Shown here: positions 49,892 through 55,252 of the stretch, in pieces
Layout: each line of letters starts with the position of its first letter
How positions within the stretch are numbered: position 1 is the stretch's first letter
Origin: a virus
Taxonomy: Duplodnaviria > Caudoviricetes
DNA length: 55,252 nucleotides
Reading direction: 5' to 3' (one strand)
IMG/VR virus record: IMGVR_UViG_3300033146_005800
Span: 1-55,252 of that record
Notes under the pieces: model-generated
Told to the model about the DNA's origin: nothing
Database searches by the model: none
The model's input: the letters and a program-made list of their open reading frames with translations, nothing else
Position numbers and translations under genes: made by a program

Positions 49892-51670
49892 CTAAAAAAT
49901 TGCTAAAACTTCTTCTTCTCCAGTTAAACCAGCGGAATAAAATAAATCTGTGGCATCATGAAATTTATCGTCAAGGTAATGAAATATTCTTCCATCATCT
50001 ATCAATCTCTTGGCATCATAATCCATTTTTATACCAAAAGTAGTTGCTCTTGCCAGATCCTTATCGATATGATTACCAAAATTGTCATACTTAGTTGAAC
50101 TAGCTTGTATACCAGTAATATATTTCTCCATATTGGCAGGAATATTAATATCCATATCATAGTTCTTTTTAAACCAGTCCTTAAACTTATTTAAACTCAT
50201 ACCATTTTTCGCATTCATATATCCAGGATTTTTGGCTTCGTAATTGTGATTATCTCCATTTAATCGCTTATCCATTGCCTCATGAATTTGAATCTGATTA
50301 GAAAAAGAATTGGCTATAACATCAGACTTAGATAAACTCATCATTCCACCATCTAAGGTAATTGATCCTCCTGGATCTCTATCAAAAACAAATCCTCTAT
50401 GCAAAGTATTTTCTGCATTAAGTCTAGAACCATCCTTTCTGGATGCTCCCATTATGTAATCAGGATTTTTGGACAATACATCCTGAGTTTTAGCATAATG
50501 TGATTTCATAGAATCCGTAACAGATTTTGGTATTGATGATTTGCCATTAACTGGATATATTCCTCTAGTGCCATTGGAAAAAGCCTCTAATTTAGATTTA
50601 TTCGCAAAAGAAGTCTTTTGCTTCAAACGTCCCTGAAAAGCCTCATTAGTACGGGAAGTATTACTTTGTAAATGTGGAAACACATCACCAACAGATGCCA
50701 ACATAACGGTGGAATATTCCTCTAAATTTCTATCCCATCCAGAAATCAAAAGATCAGGATTAGCAACATCTGGAAGAGCAGAACCTTGAGGATCATAATG
50801 TTTATTGTCCTCCAAGTCAAACATAGACATTACATCTTCTCCTCTATCATTCCTATAGCCAATCCGAATCTCCATCTCATCCGCTAAATAATACAATCTT
50901 TCCGGATCTTTGGACTCAATGGTCTTCCACCTATGATCAGAGGAACCTTTTTTTGCCTGATCAAGTCTCCTATCAAAAATTTTAGATTCTCTATCAACCA
51001 CCAAAACTTCGTCAGCAATAAAATCCTCATCAACATTATCTAACATGCCATCTAAAATTGCCTGATTAAATTCCCCGACAGTATTGCTAAAAACATCATT
51101 ATCTCCAAATTCCTTGGCTGTCTTCTCATCCATCATCTTCTTATTAAATTTATCCCATGCACCAATCCTCTGATCAATCGGCACCTCCTGAACTTTCTTT
51201 GCCATAGCAACGTAAGCCTGACCTTTAACTTTCACATTAGCACTATTATCTACCAAAAGTTTATTGTCATCTCCAAATGCCAACTTACTCAAAAGATTCA
51301 TGGAATCTTTATCGTTAAGCTCCTTATCCATAACGGCTCCTAAAGATCCCTTAAACAAATCTGAGGAAGTTGCATCATGTGCATCGTAAAGTTGAATCAT
51401 AGCATTTGCTCTTGCCTCAGGACTCATATCTGAATTTTTATCAACGTGATCCTTCAATCCAATTGTAAAATCCTTCAAGTAGGAATTGGAATCTTTATTA
51501 TCTTTAGAAGGGGCTTTAAAAAATCCTTCCTCATTCTTTTTGACTTTCGGTCTAATTCTTTTGTCATCAGAAGTATTTACGTGCTGGTCTCTAATATGTA
51601 CTTTCTTTTTTAGAGGATTTACGACCGTCGGTTTAGTTGGTAACTGCTTTATTTTTCCTTTTCTAGACAT
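49892..51670 (-). CDS. ART-fold protein with type-A tag and an insertion in the catalytic domain
   Basis: TLHRGF, MMSLSKS-x2-IA-x2-F, terminal GEEEVL. Confidence 0.7.
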   Translation of the reverse strand: MSRKGKIKQLPTKPTVVNPLKKKVHIRDQHVNTSDDKRIRPKVKKNEEGFFKAPSKDNKDSNSYLKDFTIGLKDHVDKNSDMSPEARANAMIQLYDAHDATSSDLFKGSLGAVMDKELNDKDSMNLLSKLAFGDDNKLLVDNSANVKVKGQAYVAMAKKVQEVPIDQRIGAWDKFNKKMMDEKTAKEFGDNDVFSNTVGEFNQAILDGMLDNVDEDFIADEVLVVDRESKIFDRRLDQAKKGSSDHRWKTIESKDPERLYYLADEMEIRIGYRNDRGEDVMSMFDLEDNKHYDPQGSALPDVANPDLLISGWDRNLEEYSTVMLASVGDVFPHLQSNTSRTNEAFQGRLKQKTSFANKSKLEAFSNGTRGIYPVNGKSSIPKSVTDSMKSHYAKTQDVLSKNPDYIMGASRKDGSRLNAENTLHRGFVFDRDPGGSITLDGGMMSLSKSDVIANSFSNQIQIHEAMDKRLNGDNHNYEAKNPGYMNAKNGMSLNKFKDWFKKNYDMDINIPANMEKYITGIQASSTKYDNFGNHIDKDLARATTFGIKMDYDAKRLIDDGRIFHYLDDKFHDATDLFYSAGLTGEEEVLAIF

Positions 51671-51729
51671 GAATAACTCACAATTTTGAAATTACGTAAA
51701 GAATGTAAAGACTACTTAAAATTCCATCC

Positions 51730-51780
51730 CCTCTAATAATTTACAATTTTTAGTATTACATAAATTATGTTTTATAGTCA
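51730..51780 (-). promoter_or_regulatory. Duplicated promoter/RBS block, copy 2 (contains ATACTAAA)
   Basis: Near-identical to 49630-49688 apart from a 9-nt indel and a few substitutions. Confidence 0.7.
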
Positions 51781-52013
51781 TTACAATGTACATCTTTATA
51801 AGTTGCTTGGATAAAAAGTACAATAACCTGCTTTAAACCAGTTTACTAAAATTATGGCAGGCTTTTGACATTTATAAACTAACATCATATCTAAATAATT
51901 ATCGAAATCACAAATTCACCATGTTCATTTTCCAAAAGACTATCAGGAACTTATAATTCTTTAATAATTTGAATTAAAACATAGTACAAAGATATATAAA
52001 ATAGGAATTTTAT

Positions 52014-54071
52014 ATGGGAAAAATCGGTTCAATCAAAAAGAAAATAAAACCAAAGGTTAAAAAAGAAGTTACTGTCATTGGACATACAAGGATTACCAAA
52101 AAAGGTGACGTTCAACAAGTAGATACACATCAGAAAACAATGGATGTATCTATCGAACAAGATGATTTAAAAGTCAAAAGAAAACAACAAACAGGACCCT
52201 TAAAAAAAGGAAAAGGGAAAAAAACAGGATTATCAAAAGAAGAAGTTCAACAGAAAACATTTCAAGATGTTGACATTTCAAAAATTCCAGACAATCTCAA
52301 AAGTACTTATCTATCTATGCAATCTGAAAAAACTATGGACAGAGTTAATGCCGTCGAACAATTAGACGAATTAGGTTTAGAACTGGCTATGAAAGATTCT
52401 GAAAGTATAGTTCGAGACAAAATCCCAAGTAATCGCAATGCTACTCAAGACCAAATAATGAGATTAAGACAAGATTCAGATTTAATGGTAAGACGGGAGG
52501 CATTCTCAAATATAAAAAATAGAGAAGTATTAAAACAACCTTATTGGGTCGACGGGAAAAAATTTAATTCGATAAGAGAAGAAAATAATATGCAACTAAA
52601 TAATGTATACTTGAAGAGATTTCCTGAAGAGGTCCTTTCTCTACGTAACAGTGGAGAAATGGATATTAATGATCGGAAATTAGCATCGGTTATAACACCA
52701 GAAGATGCCATGAAACCCTTAACCACTAAAGGAGGAAAAAAACTTAAGAACATATTTGAACATCCCGATGAATTGGTAATAATAGAAGCGGCCAAAAATA
52801 GAAGACTTGGTTCCATGATTCATAGAATAAATTCCGACATTAAACCAAAGGATGAAGGATATGATATGATAGGCAAGTTGGAATTAAAAGATGCTAAATA
52901 CAAAAATATGGATCCAAAACATCTGGCAGAAGCTATACAAAAGGAACCGTTAAGTTTCTTTAGAGAAGTCATGGCTAAAAGAATGTCAGAACAAGGAAGA
53001 ATAGATCTAATCAAATCCACCGATAATCCTTTAGTAAAGAAGTCATTGTTGGATCAGATATCCAACCGAACATCGAAACAATTAAGCGAAGGTGAGTTCA
53101 AGAATGATCCACTTATTCAAAGAAGAGACGCTTATCGCAAATTGGAAAATACAAATGGTTTAGAAACCGATCAGCAACTTCAAGATCATTTTACAAAAAA
53201 TTTCCCAAATGTTACTAAATTGAATTCCGAAACTGCTGGAAGATTACAAAATGAAGACGACCATCAAGTATTAAAATGGGCCTCAGAAAATGGCGGAGAT
53301 TTTGATGAACCAATGAGTAAAATAGAATGGAAAATAGAAGGTTGGCACAAAAAAGCCATAAATGATTTCAACGATCCTAAAAAAGCTATGGAAAAAGCTA
53401 TGGAATATAGTGGATCAGATGCAGACAATTTGCAAAAAATCATAGATAAAGCTGCACCAAAATTCACACAAGAATATGTGCAAAATGGTTGGTTAGAATC
53501 TAGTAATGGACATGGCGCAGCTCTATTAAAAATGCAAGCTGGAGGAAAAATACACAAACATCAAAGAAAATTCGACTCTACCTCAACATTAAGTCATGAA
53601 CAAATACAAGAAAAATGGAATCAATTATCATCCAAACAAAAACAAAATCTAGATAGAGGTTACCAAGTCTCTAAGTCATTAACTCAAGTCGTACTTAATA
53701 AAGCCTTTCCCAATCAAGATTCTATAAAACTATATAGAGGAACAAGTATGAAAGAAGTTGTAGGATCTGGAAATAATATTTCTGCACAATCTAATCCTTT
53801 AAGTAGTTGGACAGAAAAACCTAAAATAGCTGGCAATTTTGCTAAATTTAATGCAGGTGGTGATGAAAAAAATCCAAATGTTGCTATAATGTCTGCCGAT
53901 ATACCAAAAAAAGATATCTTTCTTTCAAATATATTTGGTGCTATGTTCAAAACTTTTTCCAACGGTGAATATGTATTGGAAGCTAAAAATAAATTAAGAA
54001 AAATTAAAGCTGAATATACAGGTCCCTCCGAAGATGTACCAGAAAATATGTATGAAGATGAACAATGGTAA
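52014..54071 (+). CDS. ART-fold protein with type-B tag and HEAT-like repeats
   Basis: D-x4-VR repeats; KLYRGT, NPLSSWTE-x3-IA-x2-F, IPKKDIF, NGEYVL; C-terminal ~200 aa clearly paralogous to ORF 47947..49485. Confidence 0.8.
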   Translation: MGKIGSIKKKIKPKVKKEVTVIGHTRITKKGDVQQVDTHQKTMDVSIEQDDLKVKRKQQTGPLKKGKGKKTGLSKEEVQQKTFQDVDISKIPDNLKSTYLSMQSEKTMDRVNAVEQLDELGLELAMKDSESIVRDKIPSNRNATQDQIMRLRQDSDLMVRREAFSNIKNREVLKQPYWVDGKKFNSIREENNMQLNNVYLKRFPEEVLSLRNSGEMDINDRKLASVITPEDAMKPLTTKGGKKLKNIFEHPDELVIIEAAKNRRLGSMIHRINSDIKPKDEGYDMIGKLELKDAKYKNMDPKHLAEAIQKEPLSFFREVMAKRMSEQGRIDLIKSTDNPLVKKSLLDQISNRTSKQLSEGEFKNDPLIQRRDAYRKLENTNGLETDQQLQDHFTKNFPNVTKLNSETAGRLQNEDDHQVLKWASENGGDFDEPMSKIEWKIEGWHKKAINDFNDPKKAMEKAMEYSGSDADNLQKIIDKAAPKFTQEYVQNGWLESSNGHGAALLKMQAGGKIHKHQRKFDSTSTLSHEQIQEKWNQLSSKQKQNLDRGYQVSKSLTQVVLNKAFPNQDSIKLYRGTSMKEVVGSGNNISAQSNPLSSWTEKPKIAGNFAKFNAGGDEKNPNVAIMSADIPKKDIFLSNIFGAMFKTFSNGEYVLEAKNKLRKIKAEYTGPSEDVPENMYEDEQW

Positions 54072-54155
54072 TTAAACAATTCTTCCAATAATTTATTTAT
54101 GACAAACGGGAAGTACTTACATCGTAATAAAATTTATGTCTAAGGATTTTAATAT

Positions 54156-54173
54156 GGGCCGCAGGCCCTTTTT
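54156..54173 (+). terminator. Intrinsic terminator after the last ART gene
   Basis: GGGCC-GCA-GGCCC followed by TTTTT. Confidence 0.65.
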
Positions 54174-54565
54174 ACAACCCTCCCTTCATAAAGACCATAT
54201 CTTTATATACCTATAAGGATTGACCTCCCTTACTGTCTAAGTAAGAGGACTTGTAGGCCGATTTTTTATTTCCTTGCCATTAAAGTATTTGATATGTGCT
54301 GTTTGTTGGTATTTTGTGGTATTTTGTGGTATTGGTCTTCGACGATTTGCTTATAGGCCGATTTTTTTACAACTAGTTTTTTGGTTTCCAATTCGTATTC
54401 TAGGGGCTGTTGTCCCGTTATTTTGGCTAGGGGGAGGACAATTCATCGCAGTAGGTCTTTTTCATCCAGAAATTGAAAAATTGCTTTTCTTTTTTCGTGA
54501 GCAGAACTTTCAGGTATTAGCAGAAGGTTTGAAGAAAGCTGCAATGCAAACATTTGACTCCGTGA

Positions 54566-54727
54566 GGTGTGTCTGTGATCTCAGTGGTGTGATCTCAGTG
54601 GTCAGTGGGTGTGGTCAGTGGGTGTGGTCAGTGGTTGTGGTCAGTGGTTGTGGTGTGATCAGTGGTGTGATCTCTGTGGTGTGATCTCTGTGGGCAGTGC
54701 CTATAAATGGGGGGTTATGGGGGGTGG
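54566..54727. repeat. GT-rich short-repeat block
   Basis: Repeated GTGATCTC(A/T)GTGGT and CAGTGG(G/T)TGTGGT units, ending in two G6 runs. Confidence 0.9.
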
Positions 54728-54770
54728 TACCTTTAATATAATTTAATAATTAACGTTTTTTATTATAAAT

Positions 54771-55252
54771 TATATTAAAGCCCCCATTATTTTATTTTAT
54801 ATTTTATATTATATTTTATATTTTATATTTTATATTATATTTTATATTTTATATTTTATATTATATTTTATATTTTATATTTTATATTATATTTTATATT
54901 ATATTTTATATTATATTTTATATTTTATATTTTATATTATATTTTATATTTTATATTAAAGCCCCCATTATATTTTATATTAAAGCCCCCATTATATTTT
55001 ATATTAAAGCCCCCATTATATTATATTATATTAAAGCCCCCATTATATTATATTATATTATATTATATTAAAGCCCCCATTATATTATATTATATTATAT
55101 TATATTATATTATATTATATTATATTATATTAAATTAAAACCCCCATTATATTATATTATATTAAAGCCCCCCATTATATTATATTATATTATATTAAAG
55201 CCCCCATTATATTATATTATATTAAAGCCCCCATTATATTATATTATATTAT
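54771..55252. repeat. AT microsatellite (ATATT/ATATTTT) punctuated by ten AAAGCCCCCATTAT-type cores; runs off the window end
   Basis: C-runs at about 54781, 54962, 54986, 55010, 55037, 55074, 55141, 55168, 55201 and 55228. Confidence 0.95.

Noticed and set aside
459-54071. Alternative genetic code (stop-codon recoding)
   Set aside because: Conserved genes are full length and densely packed in the standard code, and TAA, TAG and TGA all end genes.
54072-54560. tRNA or known structured RNA
   Set aside because: No cloverleaf or T-loop consensus recognised by eye; an unknown ncRNA cannot be excluded without covariance searches.
54274-54684. 136-aa ORF
   Set aside because: TTG start without an RBS, and the translation reflects GT-rich DNA repeats; probably non-coding.
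54771-55252. CRISPR array
   Set aside because: The cores are short and the intervening sequences are the same ATATT microsatellite, not unique spacers; no cas operon is present.

Overview
AT-rich (roughly 30-33% GC by eye) fragment of a large lytic bacteriophage genome, probably a jumbo phage, using the standard genetic code. Left end: tail of an EPTP/EAR-repeat propeller gene, a PD-(D/E)XK exonuclease, a frameshifted multi-Zn-finger gene, two probable virion-surface proteins and a LamG protein. A long minus-strand replication operon (about 5.8-24.2 kb) holds RecA, a metacaspase, gp32-like SSB, UvsY-like mediator, clamp loader, UDG-fused family A polymerase, sliding clamp, a 7-deazaguanine module (DpdA/TGT-like, FolE2, QueE, QueD; no QueC seen), DnaB, primase and an SF2 helicase. 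The middle has GT9-like glycosyltransferases, a divergent sigma-like factor, two paralogous COOH-NH2 ligases (amidoligases), a bacterial-type gyrase (gyrB and gyrA separated), a 5'-3' exonuclease, an HD hydrolase and an amidase endolysin. The best candidate for an undescribed system is an array of four ADP-ribosyltransferase-fold proteins (46.9-54.1 kb), plus two related proteins at 24.3-26.4 kb. These carry two kinds of short basic N-terminal hairpin-like tags shuffled between different catalytic modules and are interspersed with small genes, two of them Cys-rich, which suggests a modular virion-packaged effector arsenal. A recurrent gene-oriented ATACTAAA motif may be the promoter of the phage sigma-like factor. 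The window ends in a structured non-coding repeat region (GT-rich repeats, then ATATT microsatellite punctuated by ten AAAGCCCCCATTAT-type cores), possibly an origin or genome terminus. All calls come from motif recognition by eye; no searches were run.
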